Notes: generated from the letters alone by a model not told the origin. 64,000 nt of DNA from a bacterium (GCA_049647165.1 JBARXB010000037.1:15608-79607); one strand, 5' to 3'. Shown: positions 1-9,855, counted from the stretch's first letter. Translations and numbers: made by a program.

Positions 1-2
1 AT

Positions 3-1217
3 GCTTACTCAGCGCTTGAATCGCCCACCCGAGTATACCGGAATAATAACGGTAGCATGGAAACAACCCCATACTGGACATCGATCGATTCTACGCCGGG
101 CGATGCCTGCCGCTGGGTGGACCTTGATAATGACGGTTATCTCGACTTGGTCGTTGGTTACAGGCACAAGCTTGCCGTATTTACCAATATGAGTGGAACT
201 TTGGAACAAACAGCATCATGGTCAACCGCTGAACCGGGCTGGATCTTGAGGATAGCGGTCGGTGACTATAATAATGATTCATACAAGGACATTGCTGTTG
301 CGAGTAATGGTCAGCTGGGTGGTGATCAAAGTCAGATTGAGGTTTACAAGAATGAAAACGGCGTATTGCAGACGCCGCCTGAATACACCATGTTGGCGTC
401 GACAAATTATTGTTCATGCGTTGAGTGGGGTGATGCTAATAATGACGGCTGGCTCGACCTGGCTGCAGGCGGTTGGTGGGAACCAGCAGTCGTTTTCGAA
501 AATAATAATGGCACAATCAATACCACACCGGCCTGGTCATGGAGCGGTGGCACTGGTCTGGTATGTGAGACCGTGATGTGGGGAGATGTACGGAATCATG
601 CATTGAATGCGATCGATGAATATAAAAGCGGCGACGGCACGCGTCAATTATTTTATCTTGACCACCATCCGATCCAGCAACTGGAGCAGGTGACAGTTGA
701 TGATTCGGTTCAGCCTTTTACTGCTTATACCTATGATCCATTGACCGGATGGGTTTCTTTGACAAACGCACCTCTTTTAGGCACCGACAATATTAAAATA
801 ACATATATTTATAGCCAGTATCCTGATCTTGGGGTTACTAACTGGAATCAATCAAATGGTAATTATCTTTTCAGTAATACGACTGGCATTGAAGAGTATG
901 AGGATAATATCGCAGAAGCTGGAATGATACTCGATATCTTTCCTAATCCATTTTCAAGGCTGACAAAGATCAGCTTTGAAAAAGTGCCAAGCGCAAAGGG
1001 CATAGGGCCTAGTGCAGAGGGCATAGAGTTGAAGATCTATGATGTAACCGGAAGGCTGGTGTATAATTTTTCGCGCATTACGCATGACGCGCAGCGCAGT
1101 ACGCTTTCCTGGTCTGGTACTGATGATACTGGTCAGAAACTGCCCGCGGGCATCTATTTGATCGAACTTAAAACAGATAATCAAACCGCGTACAAAAAGG
1201 CGGTTCTTAAAAGATAG
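3..1217 (+). CDS. FG-GAP/VCBS-repeat secreted protein with canonical T9SS C-terminal sorting domain (5' partial)
   Basis: Frame 3 is open from base 3, and the residues before the listed Met at 57 (RVYRNNNGS) continue the repeat pattern. FG-GAP-like motifs are present: DLDNDGYLDLVVG, GDYNNDSYKDIAVA, GDANNDGWLDLAAG. The C-terminus FPNPF...GIYLIELK...AVLKR is typical of a Por/T9SS CTD. Confidence 0.8.
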   Translation, partial: AYSALESPTRVYRNNNGSMETTPYWTSIDSTPGDACRWVDLDNDGYLDLVVGYRHKLAVFTNMSGTLEQTASWSTAEPGWILRIAVGDYNNDSYKDIAVASNGQLGGDQSQIEVYKNENGVLQTPPEYTMLASTNYCSCVEWGDANNDGWLDLAAGGWWEPAVVFENNNGTINTTPAWSWSGGTGLVCETVMWGDVRNHALNAIDEYKSGDGTRQLFYLDHHPIQQLEQVTVDDSVQPFTAYTYDPLTGWVSLTNAPLLGTDNIKITYIYSQYPDLGVTNWNQSNGNYLFSNTTGIEEYEDNIAEAGMILDIFPNPFSRLTKISFEKVPSAKGIGPSAEGIELKIYDVTGRLVYNFSRITHDAQRSTLSWSGTDDTGQKLPAGIYLIELKTDNQTAYKKAVLKR

Positions 1218-1263
1218 ATCATGTTATTGAAAAAGGAATTCTGCTACATAACGATAAAATAAA

Positions 1264-2217
1264 ATGAATGAAATGTTTGAACTGCAGCAGAGGATCATCT
1301 ACGGTCCGATCGTTTTTTTGTTCATATTTCTATCGATGATCACCTGCGGTCGTGCAATAGAAAATAATAATGATAGACCTCGGGTCATAACCATGCACAG
1401 TGAGGAAATACCCGAGGAATCCGGGCTTTTACGGCTTACTGATGAGGATTTTAAAGAACATATGAACGAACTTAAAAAGAAAGTCCCGACCGGGTTCACC
1501 ACGATAATTCAGCCACCTTTTGTGGTCATCGGTGATGAATCCCCCGCTATCGTAAAACAGCGTTCAGAAAGAACCATAAAGTGGGCGGTTGATATGCTCA
1601 AGAAAGATTATTTTGACCGAGATCCAGATAAGATCATTGATATCTGGCTATTCAAAGATGACAAGAGCTATTATAAACATGCTAAAGAACTATTCGGAGA
1701 TGAACCGACCACACCCTTCGGTTATTTTTCAGAAATCGAAAATGCTCTAATAATGAATATTAACACGGGCGGCGGTACCCTTGTACATGAGATCGTTCAT
1801 CCCTTCATGCATTCCAACTTTCCCGAGTGTCCGCCCTGGTTTGATGAGGGACTGGCATCGCTGTATGAGCAGTGTCGGGAAAAGGATGGTCACATATACG
1901 GTCTGACCAACTGGCGGCTCGAGAGTCTGCAGGAAGCGATTGAGCAGGACCGCGTACCGCCCTTTAAGACCCTAACCGATATGGACGCGCATAAGTTTTA
2001 CACCGAGGATAAGGGTACAAATTATGGCCAGGCGCGCTATCTGTGCTACTTTCTTCAGGAAAAAGGTTCGCTTATTGAATTTTACCGAGAGTTTTACAAG
2101 AATCGAAAAAAGGATCCCACGGGTTATAAAACCCTAAAACAAATTCTCGGTGAAGACGATATGCTTGTTTTCAAGGAAAAATGGGAAGCCTATGTTCTTA
2201 GACTTACCTTTCCATAG
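1264..2217 (+). CDS. putative gluzincin (peptidase MA-like) metallohydrolase, membrane-anchored or secreted
   Basis: HExxH motif (LVHEIVHPF) is followed by PPWFDEGLASLYE, the HExxH...P-W-x-EG-A-x-x-E pattern of MA-clan peptidases. N-terminal hydrophobic segment IVFLFIFLSMI. Confidence 0.55.
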   Translation: MNEMFELQQRIIYGPIVFLFIFLSMITCGRAIENNNDRPRVITMHSEEIPEESGLLRLTDEDFKEHMNELKKKVPTGFTTIIQPPFVVIGDESPAIVKQRSERTIKWAVDMLKKDYFDRDPDKIIDIWLFKDDKSYYKHAKELFGDEPTTPFGYFSEIENALIMNINTGGGTLVHEIVHPFMHSNFPECPPWFDEGLASLYEQCREKDGHIYGLTNWRLESLQEAIEQDRVPPFKTLTDMDAHKFYTEDKGTNYGQARYLCYFLQEKGSLIEFYREFYKNRKKDPTGYKTLKQILGEDDMLVFKEKWEAYVLRLTFP

Positions 2218-2238
2218 ATATATTAAAGGAGAACGATT

Positions 2239-2931
2239 ATGTGCGGTAGGTTTGTGCGTAGATGTACGGTCGATGAAGTAAAAGAAGAATTCGAGATCTG
2301 GGACATCGAGTGGGCTTTTGAACCGAGTTATAATATCGCGCCGGGACAGGATATTGCCGGTATCGTCGGGAAGAATGACGAAAAACAATTGATCAAATTA
2401 AGATGGGGATTGATCCCGTTCTGGGCAAAAGATGAAAAGATCGGTTACAAAATGATCAATGCCCGATCAGAAACCCTTGCTCAAAAACGGAGTTTTGCAG
2501 GATCTTTCAAAACCCGGCGTTGTTTGATCGTCGCCGATGGATTTTATGAATGGCGTGTTGAAAAAAAGATAAAGATCCCCATGTATCTTCACCTTCAATC
2601 GAATAAACCTTTTGGTTTTGCCGGTCTTTACGATACATGGAAGGCCCCAGATGGTAATAGAATCATTTCCTGCACGATAATCACGACCGAGCCGAATACT
2701 TTGGTCAAACCCATACATAACCGCATGCCCGTGATCCTTGAAAAAGATAAAAGAGCAGTGTGGCTCGATACAAAGATCGAGGATCCGGAAGTTTTGATGC
2801 CGCTCCTTAAACCCTATAATGCAAAAGACATGAAAGCGTATGAAGTGACGCGCATGGTCAATTCACCAAAGTTCAATTCCGAAGACTGTATTAAACCGGT
2901 CATCACTCCGAAGAAACAGAATTTATTTTAA
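2239..2931 (+). CDS. yedK: SOS response-associated peptidase (SRAP/YedK, abasic-site DNA-protein crosslink family)
   Basis: N-terminus MCGRF with catalytic Cys2. Family motifs YNIAPGQ, RWGLIPFW, INARSET, ADGFYEW, HNRMPVIL. Confidence 0.9.
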   Translation: MCGRFVRRCTVDEVKEEFEIWDIEWAFEPSYNIAPGQDIAGIVGKNDEKQLIKLRWGLIPFWAKDEKIGYKMINARSETLAQKRSFAGSFKTRRCLIVADGFYEWRVEKKIKIPMYLHLQSNKPFGFAGLYDTWKAPDGNRIISCTIITTEPNTLVKPIHNRMPVILEKDKRAVWLDTKIEDPEVLMPLLKPYNAKDMKAYEVTRMVNSPKFNSEDCIKPVITPKKQNLF

Positions 2932-3188
2932 TCATTCCGACTGGCGGATTGATACCGTATGCAAACGTACAGTTTTATCGAGATAAATTTGCGGAATATG
3001 TTAATGACGGCGGGATTCTAATTTGCTATGCCCAATCAGAGGGCGAGGTTTTTGAAGGACTGCCTGGCTCACCAACAGGTTATGGCTGGCTCCAGGATCA
3101 GAGTTGTCATGCGTATGCCTGCTATTTAAACCTCTGGGATATGTTTTTAACTGAGCAGAATAGTGTGGTTTATGATGGTTGCAATTGA
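2925..3188 (+). pseudogene. 5'-truncated relic of a paralog of the giant gene at 4461-9071 (internal domain only)
   Basis: Translation ILIIPTGGLIPYAN...GGILICYAQSEGEVFEGLPGSPTGYGWLQDQSCHAYACYLNLWD aligns with giant-protein residues encoded at about 6591-6840. My hand alignment gives about 54 of 82 identical. No upstream coding context, and it abuts the yedK stop codon. Confidence 0.7.
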
Positions 3189-3364
3189 ATATTGACATGG
3201 ATTCAGATTGGCTTACACTTACTGTAGTTGTAGACAAAAGAGGGATAGATGAAAGGCTTATATATAGATTTTGCAAGCAAAAATAGATTAAAAATACATC
3301 AATGTCTAGATGTGATAACGTAAAGCACACAAGATAAGTCACACAAAGCAAAAAAGGAGGAACA

Positions 3365-4348
3365 ATGAAAGGCATTAGTTTCAGAATAATAACAATAACA
3401 GTAATAGTTACTGCGCTGTGTCTGCCTTCACTGGTAGGAGCTGAGGAGAGAGAGAATAGGATTCCATTTTATCAAACCTATTATAGCTATTCGTCAATTC
3501 CGGACATTGATAAAAAGATTCTGAAAGATTCCCTGAACTGGATCTATTACCATAAATTAGCGATTCAGAAGTTTGCATTGAAGAACTTCATGGGTATGGA
3601 TAGTATCATCGGCACTCCTGAAGAAGCACAACTTTACCGGATGCCCGTACAGCAACAAACGCCAAAGAATGGTATTAGTGGTTGCATACTTATCGCGTAT
3701 GGTCATAATATCAGACCACCATATGAAGTGATACGAAGAGACACAATTGTCTATATCAATGGAATACAGATGCATCCACCATTGAAATTTCCGGGAAACC
3801 TAAAGTATGATAGCTTGGAACTTGTACAAAAGGAACATAAACCATGGGAATATGCAGAACTTGAGCGATTGGATTTGGAAGCCTTAAGAGTATACACAGC
3901 AATAAAGAAAAAAAATGGTGTTAGGAAGGCGATTGAGGTAGCTGCAGATATTTATAGACAGAGTCATTTGATAAGGAAGGTTGAAATCAAGGGTGATGGT
4001 TTATTGTATGTTTATAATATATTTTATGATTCGCCAGGTCATGTACCGTATGATTATGATGTTGGTCCAATGCCAAAGAACTTGCCAACAAAGCAGGAGA
4101 TTGCTGAGCGGGTCAAAAACACATGGATGAAGAGTTTAGATTCATCAGGAACAACAATTCATTGCAATACCGGTTCGTTTGGTTCTCCTTCATCCGAATT
4201 TTTTAATACCTTATGTGAGATTATGTGTGATGAATCTTCAGATTTGCTTGACAAATACTCAAAACTGCGTTCTTTAGACATTAGAGTCATTGACTGTAAA
4301 GCGATCATTTACAATTTCGATGCTCAAATGTGGGGATGTCAGAAATAA
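3365..4348 (+). CDS. hypothetical secreted protein
   Basis: SD AAGGAGG is 5 nt upstream. N-terminal signal peptide ITITVIVTALCLPSLVGA. No motif I recognise. Confidence 0.6.
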   Translation: MKGISFRIITITVIVTALCLPSLVGAEERENRIPFYQTYYSYSSIPDIDKKILKDSLNWIYYHKLAIQKFALKNFMGMDSIIGTPEEAQLYRMPVQQQTPKNGISGCILIAYGHNIRPPYEVIRRDTIVYINGIQMHPPLKFPGNLKYDSLELVQKEHKPWEYAELERLDLEALRVYTAIKKKNGVRKAIEVAADIYRQSHLIRKVEIKGDGLLYVYNIFYDSPGHVPYDYDVGPMPKNLPTKQEIAERVKNTWMKSLDSSGTTIHCNTGSFGSPSSEFFNTLCEIMCDESSDLLDKYSKLRSLDIRVIDCKAIIYNFDAQMWGCQK

Positions 4349-4361
4349 AGCGGAGGGGAAA

Positions 4362-4460
4362 ATGAAGTTGATCCAATTTTTCATTATTTTAGGTCTGTTC
4401 AATTTTATGTTTGGAGATTATCCCCCAGAGATACCTGACTTGCCTAATGGTGTACTATGA
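4362..4460 (+). CDS. signal-peptide-encoding 5' segment of the giant gene, ended by an in-frame TGA
   Basis: SD GGAGGGG at 4352-4358. Translation is MKLIQFFIILGLFNFMFGDYPPEIPDLPNGVL. It is in the same frame as ORF 4461-9071, separated only by TGA at 4458-4460. Confidence 0.55.
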   Translation: MKLIQFFIILGLFNFMFGDYPPEIPDLPNGVL

Positions 4461-7400
4461 ATGCCGGCTACCTGGACATATCTTGAACCCGGCGCGCAGA
4501 TTTCTCAGAAATTTAATGATCTTAGAAATTTATTGAATCAACATGGGATAACAGCTATCTCTGTGACTGATAATAACGACCTTCTTGAGTTTCTGTCCAT
4601 AGTTCCTAAGGGATATATTTTATTGATGAGTCATGGTGGGAATATCTATGAACAGGATGCATTAATGGTTGAGGCTTACGATAATGTGCAAGATGCTGAA
4701 AATCGTGTTGTCATGTGGCAACAACATTTTGGTATCGGGGCAGATATGATTTGGCGAGCAAATATTTACGATACGAGTCAAGAGCCACCAACAATAATTG
4801 GTTACGCTGTGTGTATTAATAGTGCTTTTCTTACTCCACGACTACCTATGCTGCCTCATTCTTTTGTAATGATTGGTGCTTGCTATAGTCAAAACGGAAT
4901 TATGAGTTCATTTCAAAGCAGGAATGCTGATACCAGGGTAGGTTGGACCACCGCAGCTTGGATATCAGAGAGTTCCGGTTCATTTGATATGTTAGCCAGA
5001 TTGATGGCTGGTGCTGGTATGGGATCGCCACAGTTAAACAGAAATTTCAGTGCTAATGATGCAATTTTGACAATACGGGAATACCTTCAAGGACCAAACT
5101 ATCCTCATATCGCCTCATTTACAGTTGCTGGCGATGGTAATATGCGGTTTTATAATTCACCGCGTATTGTTGGACTTAAAGTAAAACAAGCTGGCAGTAT
5201 GATTTACAATTATCGTTTCGGTGAACAAGGTGAGCCTTTCTATCCTTATGAATGGGATTATCCTGGTGATTTGAGTAGTTGTTCAAAGAATCCAGCACAA
5301 ATCGGCAATGATTTTATTGAAGTTTGGATGTTGCTTTCTGCACCGATGGATCCGAATGCAGCGAATGTGGCACTTATACCGGAACAGGGAAATTTCGCGA
5401 TTCCATTGAGTGGAAATTTCAGTAGCACTCTTTTTGAGAATGATTTCTGGACTGGTGTTTGTGATTTTTCTGAATGGTCTGGTGGCGAGAATGCGATTGT
5501 GTGGGTTGATGCCGAGGATGCGTTTGAGGGCGATATAAATGCGAAACTTGATATAAATGGTGATGGCAATTCGGATGGCGAGGACAGAAATCATAAATTC
5601 AGAGTAGAACTTCTACCTCAGGTGGATGCCACTGATCCGCCCAGCGGGCGCAGGGCAACTCCCGAAAATATTGATATCTATAAGCAGATCGAGATTGTGT
5701 TCAATAAAACCATGGATACTGCCTCAGTACGTGGGGCATTGGAGATCATTAATATTGATAATGATTCCAGCGAGGTTACGATCAAGGAGATTGAGTGGCA
5801 ACCTGGCGATTCAATAATGTTCATCACCGCGTATGACTCAGTAGTCGGGGATAAAGATACTGTGGGTTTTGACTTTTATACGAATTATGAAGTGAAGATT
5901 CTGGGCACCGCAGAGGATACCAGCGGTATAACATTAGACGGCGATTATGATGGCAAGAGCGAGGGCTCGCCAGAGGATGATTATGTATTTTCATTTAGGA
6001 CCCGAAACCCGGAGTTTGAATTAGCGGCTGCACCAATGCTTGCAAAAATTCCAACCGGTGGGACACAAGAAATAGAAGTCCTATTAACGAACAATGAACA
6101 TAGAAAACTCGGTATTAAACTAATACGTCCCGCTGATACAACTTCAAATTGGATAATCGAAGAAGTTGAGCCTGATTCAGTGAACGTTGCAGCTGATTCC
6201 ATATCCACAGACGCAAAATTCTATGTTAAAAATAGAGGAGAGCCCGGTGCAACAGTTGCCGAGATACTGGCAAAAAGCCACGAGGAAGAAAAAGAAACAG
6301 AAGCGGTTGTCTGGGCATACAAGCCCTCGGGTTCAGGAGGCGGAGGACAGCAATATTCTGAGCCCTGGCCGCCACCTAGCGGATGTGATGAAAGTTACTC
6401 GATGTCCGACCATAATTTTCCGTCACCATGGATACTTAATCCTCGTGCAAGAATCGGGTTATTTCTTTCGGGATATGCCGAGGGAATGGGACACCTGCTT
6501 GGTAATTACAAAATACCAACAGCTTTGGTATTAGATAATTTCAAGATAGTGGGTGCATTTGAGCGACCTTTATCAGATTTGGATGTTTTGGTCATACCCA
6601 CAGGCGGCTTTATTCCCTTTGCAAACATGCCCTATTACCGCAATAAACTAAGGGAATTTGTCGAGCAGGGTGGTACCCTCATCTGTCTCACACAATCACA
6701 CGGTGAGATATTCGAAGGCTTACCTGGTTCACCCAATGGCTTTGGCTGGGCAGAAGATCAATCCTGTCATGCATATGCCTGCTATTTGAATCTCTGGGAT
6801 ACCTTCTTTTCAGGTCAAAATAATATTGTTTTCGATGCTAATATGGATGGCTATATTACTCAGTATCCTGACGGAGGAGAGCCTTTTCTCATCCGAATCG
6901 CAAACGGCAACCCAGGGTTTGTGCGCTACCCTTATGGACAGGGACAAGTAATCTTGACGACCGGCTATACGGATTTTGCCTATCGTTTTGGCGGCTATTT
7001 CAAAGATGCCATAAATTTAATAAGAGATATGATTACTTCTTATGTGATCCTGGACCCAATCCCCGAATATTATAAGGATTCAACAGTTGTACTCAATGCG
7101 AGGTTTTATTATCCGGTTTATGAAGATAGTATTCCAGCAAATAGAGCAGAGATCATAACTTATTATCCAAATCGTGATTCTCTGAGATCTGATGCGGTAA
7201 ATCTATCCCCACCCATGATTCCTGGAGACCAACGGACCATCCCATTGTCATCCATTGCTGCACCGGGTTCGCTTGGCATATATCCACTCATGTTCACGCT
7301 TTATCAGGATACGTTGGCGGTAACTGAAGAAGAATATGGTAATGCCTTTGCTGTAAAATGCAGCATTCCTGTTGGCAATTATAATCTTGGCGACTTTCAG

Positions 7401-9071
7401 CTTTGGGCGACCGTAGAGGCAGAGTCAGTACTTTATGGTATACCTTTTGAATTTAACGTCAATGTTCGTAACCGCACAATGGACACAGTGCCCGGCAAAA
7501 TATTGGTCGGAAATTTGGGCGGTTTTCCACCCCAATTTTTTCCTGAAGATTCATTGGTTGATTTGAATTTTCCGCCTGAGACAGTTGCCGTGTTCGATTG
7601 GCAGACAACACTGACAAATACCAGGTTCTATACATTTCGACTGGTAGATACGTCAAGCACAGTCTTGGCATGGTTCAACAAGTGGATTCAAGTAATACAA
7701 CCAAAGGCTCAGGTAACCTTAACCTGTGATTCCACAGGATATCAGTATCACGATACAGTGCATGTCAACCTGGATTTCCTGACAAATTATGATGGTGTGG
7801 ATACGTTCAAGGTTATTATATACCAGAGAGGAGGTTGGATACCCATTGATACTATATTCGCGCTAAAAGATACGATCACCTATGTTAAAGAAGGCACGAG
7901 TTATGCATTTCCTTTCTACATGTCTCAGGAACTCAATCCAGGAACCTATACGATAAAAGCAGAGGCTTACTGGCGTGGAAAACAAAGTGGATGGGATTTT
8001 GAGCAATTCCTTTTGATCGCACCAGAGCTTCAAGTATCACTCCTGCCAGATTATGAAATCACGGGAAGCGATACGGCAAACCTGGTTGTATCGTTCGATC
8101 CTCCCTCATATGTTGATTATGATGCCACGCTTGCCTATCGAATCATCTATTCAGACTCAACGACTGACACGCTGATTACAAATGAAATAACTTTAGATAC
8201 GATAGGACATCTTGATACTCTCCAAGCACCGTTTTCCCTTACTCCAAATGTTATGAACTTCGGCTATTATGATTTTAAATACAGTTTAGATGCGGTCGAA
8301 AGCGTGAATGGATATTATGATTTCTCACACTGGATCTGGGCCAGTTTAAAGAAATTCCAGTACCGTTATTACTGGGGTGATACGCTTGATTTCGGTATTC
8401 GTGTGCAGAACAAAGGTGATTTCACAACTCCTGTGTGGGTTATTGCAAGGGCTGAAAAACACCAGGAAGATTACATTGATTCCGTGCAAATAGACCTTGA
8501 TCTGGATACTGACACGACCATCTTTTTTCAGACAATTATTGACCAGGGTATGCCGAGTGGCAGTTATGATCTGGAAGGATTTGTGCGTTCTGCAAACACC
8601 ACGAGAAAAGCTCCTGGTTACTATATTGTGTCTGTGCGTCCACCTCAGATCATTGCCACGCTCGATACATCTCTTTATAGTTCTGGTGATACTGCAACTG
8701 TCATACTGTACAATGCTGGTGATTTGGAAGGAGACGTGAGATTAACCCAGGTCGGAATCTATGATTTCCAGTGGAGTTATTTCTCGCTTGATACAGCAAG
8801 ATATTTAATCCCAGGTAGTGATTTTGCCTTTTACAAATTTGTCGTGCCCGAAGTTCTGAGTGGAGTATACCGTCTGCAAATTATAGGTATTGTAGAGAAT
8901 CATAATATACCAATCGACAAGAGTATAGCTTTTCAGATTAATGGTATTGAGGCAGATATCGCTCTGCAAACTTCAAAAGATGTCTATCTGCCTTATGAAG
9001 AAGTCAAACCGCAGGCCAATTGTGTGAATTATGGATACCAGTTAAATGGTGAGATTTACCTCAAGAAATAG
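4461..9071 (+). CDS. giant multidomain cell-surface/secreted protein body (Ig-like and CARDB-like repeats, SbsA-Ig-like domain, possible N-terminal His/Cys protease-like dyad)
   Basis: 1536-codon ORF with no SD or signal peptide of its own. It contains a motif of Big_5/SbsA-Ig type (ATDPPSGRRATPENIDIYKQIEIVFNKTMDTASV). Strand-HG (ILLMSHGG) and strand-AC (VMIGACYS) resemble clan CD peptidases, but the spacing is long. The rest is many beta-rich repeats. Confidence 0.75.
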   Translation: MPATWTYLEPGAQISQKFNDLRNLLNQHGITAISVTDNNDLLEFLSIVPKGYILLMSHGGNIYEQDALMVEAYDNVQDAENRVVMWQQHFGIGADMIWRANIYDTSQEPPTIIGYAVCINSAFLTPRLPMLPHSFVMIGACYSQNGIMSSFQSRNADTRVGWTTAAWISESSGSFDMLARLMAGAGMGSPQLNRNFSANDAILTIREYLQGPNYPHIASFTVAGDGNMRFYNSPRIVGLKVKQAGSMIYNYRFGEQGEPFYPYEWDYPGDLSSCSKNPAQIGNDFIEVWMLLSAPMDPNAANVALIPEQGNFAIPLSGNFSSTLFENDFWTGVCDFSEWSGGENAIVWVDAEDAFEGDINAKLDINGDGNSDGEDRNHKFRVELLPQVDATDPPSGRRATPENIDIYKQIEIVFNKTMDTASVRGALEIINIDNDSSEVTIKEIEWQPGDSIMFITAYDSVVGDKDTVGFDFYTNYEVKILGTAEDTSGITLDGDYDGKSEGSPEDDYVFSFRTRNPEFELAAAPMLAKIPTGGTQEIEVLLTNNEHRKLGIKLIRPADTTSNWIIEEVEPDSVNVAADSISTDAKFYVKNRGEPGATVAEILAKSHEEEKETEAVVWAYKPSGSGGGGQQYSEPWPPPSGCDESYSMSDHNFPSPWILNPRARIGLFLSGYAEGMGHLLGNYKIPTALVLDNFKIVGAFERPLSDLDVLVIPTGGFIPFANMPYYRNKLREFVEQGGTLICLTQSHGEIFEGLPGSPNGFGWAEDQSCHAYACYLNLWDTFFSGQNNIVFDANMDGYITQYPDGGEPFLIRIANGNPGFVRYPYGQGQVILTTGYTDFAYRFGGYFKDAINLIRDMITSYVILDPIPEYYKDSTVVLNARFYYPVYEDSIPANRAEIITYYPNRDSLRSDAVNLSPPMIPGDQRTIPLSSIAAPGSLGIYPLMFTLYQDTLAVTEEEYGNAFAVKCSIPVGNYNLGDFQLWATVEAESVLYGIPFEFNVNVRNRTMDTVPGKILVGNLGGFPPQFFPEDSLVDLNFPPETVAVFDWQTTLTNTRFYTFRLVDTSSTVLAWFNKWIQVIQPKAQVTLTCDSTGYQYHDTVHVNLDFLTNYDGVDTFKVIIYQRGGWIPIDTIFALKDTITYVKEGTSYAFPFYMSQELNPGTYTIKAEAYWRGKQSGWDFEQFLLIAPELQVSLLPDYEITGSDTANLVVSFDPPSYVDYDATLAYRIIYSDSTTDTLITNEITLDTIGHLDTLQAPFSLTPNVMNFGYYDFKYSLDAVESVNGYYDFSHWIWASLKKFQYRYYWGDTLDFGIRVQNKGDFTTPVWVIARAEKHQEDYIDSVQIDLDLDTDTTIFFQTIIDQGMPSGSYDLEGFVRSANTTRKAPGYYIVSVRPPQIIATLDTSLYSSGDTATVILYNAGDLEGDVRLTQVGIYDFQWSYFSLDTARYLIPGSDFAFYKFVVPEVLSGVYRLQIIGIVENHNIPIDKSIAFQINGIEADIALQTSKDVYLPYEEVKPQANCVNYGYQLNGEIYLKK

Positions 9072-9205
9072 ACACAGAATATTCGGTATATGTTGAAGAA
9101 GATGTTGAAGATTTTCGGGACAAGGGTCAAAAAGCACTTATTTTCGATAATTTTTTCAGTGGAAACGATACTGGTCTTGTTTTTAGAGATCAAGCAGAAG
9201 CTAAG

Positions 9206-9817
9206 GTGAAAAAGAACGAAGTAACTAACAATCTCATTGGCGTTTACATTACTGACGATGCCTGTCCGAATCTTGGTAAAGCAATGAGCGGCGAGAACTT
9301 ATTCATTGCTCGAAGTGACACTCCGGATTCTCTTAAGAGCTATGTCGTTTATAATAATACAATGAATGATATTCTAGCTGAAGGTAATTGGTGGGGTACA
9401 AATGATGAGGATTCAATTGCTGTGATAATCTGGGACTACTATGATGATAATATGCTGGGTATTGTTGATTATAAGCCATTCAGACTGAGTGAAGCAAGTG
9501 CAGCAGGAGGGGCTTCTGAGCAAGGTGGCGGCACACAGTCAGGATCAGAAGTTGTGATATCTGAAATCTGGTTTGAGCTCGCGGCAATAGCCCGCACGAA
9601 CAATGTAATCATATCTTATTGCGCACCAGCGGATGCTCAAGTCAGTATCGAGATTTATGATATAACCGGAAGATTGGCTAAGAAACTTTCGCCGATGAAA
9701 TCTATGGGACTAAGAGAAATAACCATAAACTGTAACGATCTTGCCGGTGGTGTCTATTTCGTACGCTTCAAAGCAGCAGACTACCTGGAGACCGAGAAGA
9801 TAATTATATTAAAATAA
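9206..9817 (+). CDS. C-terminal fragment with beta-helix-like repeats and a canonical T9SS sorting domain (likely the detached C-terminus of the giant gene)
   Basis: The frame is open from 9053, overlapping the end of the giant ORF. Coding-like sequence (IFDNFFSGNDTGLVFRD) precedes the listed GTG. NWWG motif present. CTD is VSIEIYDITGRL...GGVYFVRFKA...KIIILK. Confidence 0.7.
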   Translation: MKKNEVTNNLIGVYITDDACPNLGKAMSGENLFIARSDTPDSLKSYVVYNNTMNDILAEGNWWGTNDEDSIAVIIWDYYDDNMLGIVDYKPFRLSEASAAGGASEQGGGTQSGSEVVISEIWFELAAIARTNNVIISYCAPADAQVSIEIYDITGRLAKKLSPMKSMGLREITINCNDLAGGVYFVRFKAADYLETEKIIILK

Positions 9818-9855
9818 GTATATCACGTCTGCTGGTGTTACTGCAACAAAAGAGC

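Noticed and set aside
2925-3188. The fragment and its counterpart at 6591-6840 as a diversity-generating retroelement template/variable repeat pair.
   Set aside because: Differences between the two copies involve all four bases and are mostly synonymous-type divergence, not adenine-specific. No reverse transcriptase gene is in the window.
9050-9075. Programmed -1 ribosomal frameshift joining the giant ORF to the CTD-bearing ORF.
   Set aside because: There is no X-XXY-YYZ slippery heptamer at the overlap (CTCAAGAAATAGAC) and no obvious downstream pseudoknot. Too few beta-helix repeats are present, which suggests a deletion. An indel or assembly error is more likely.
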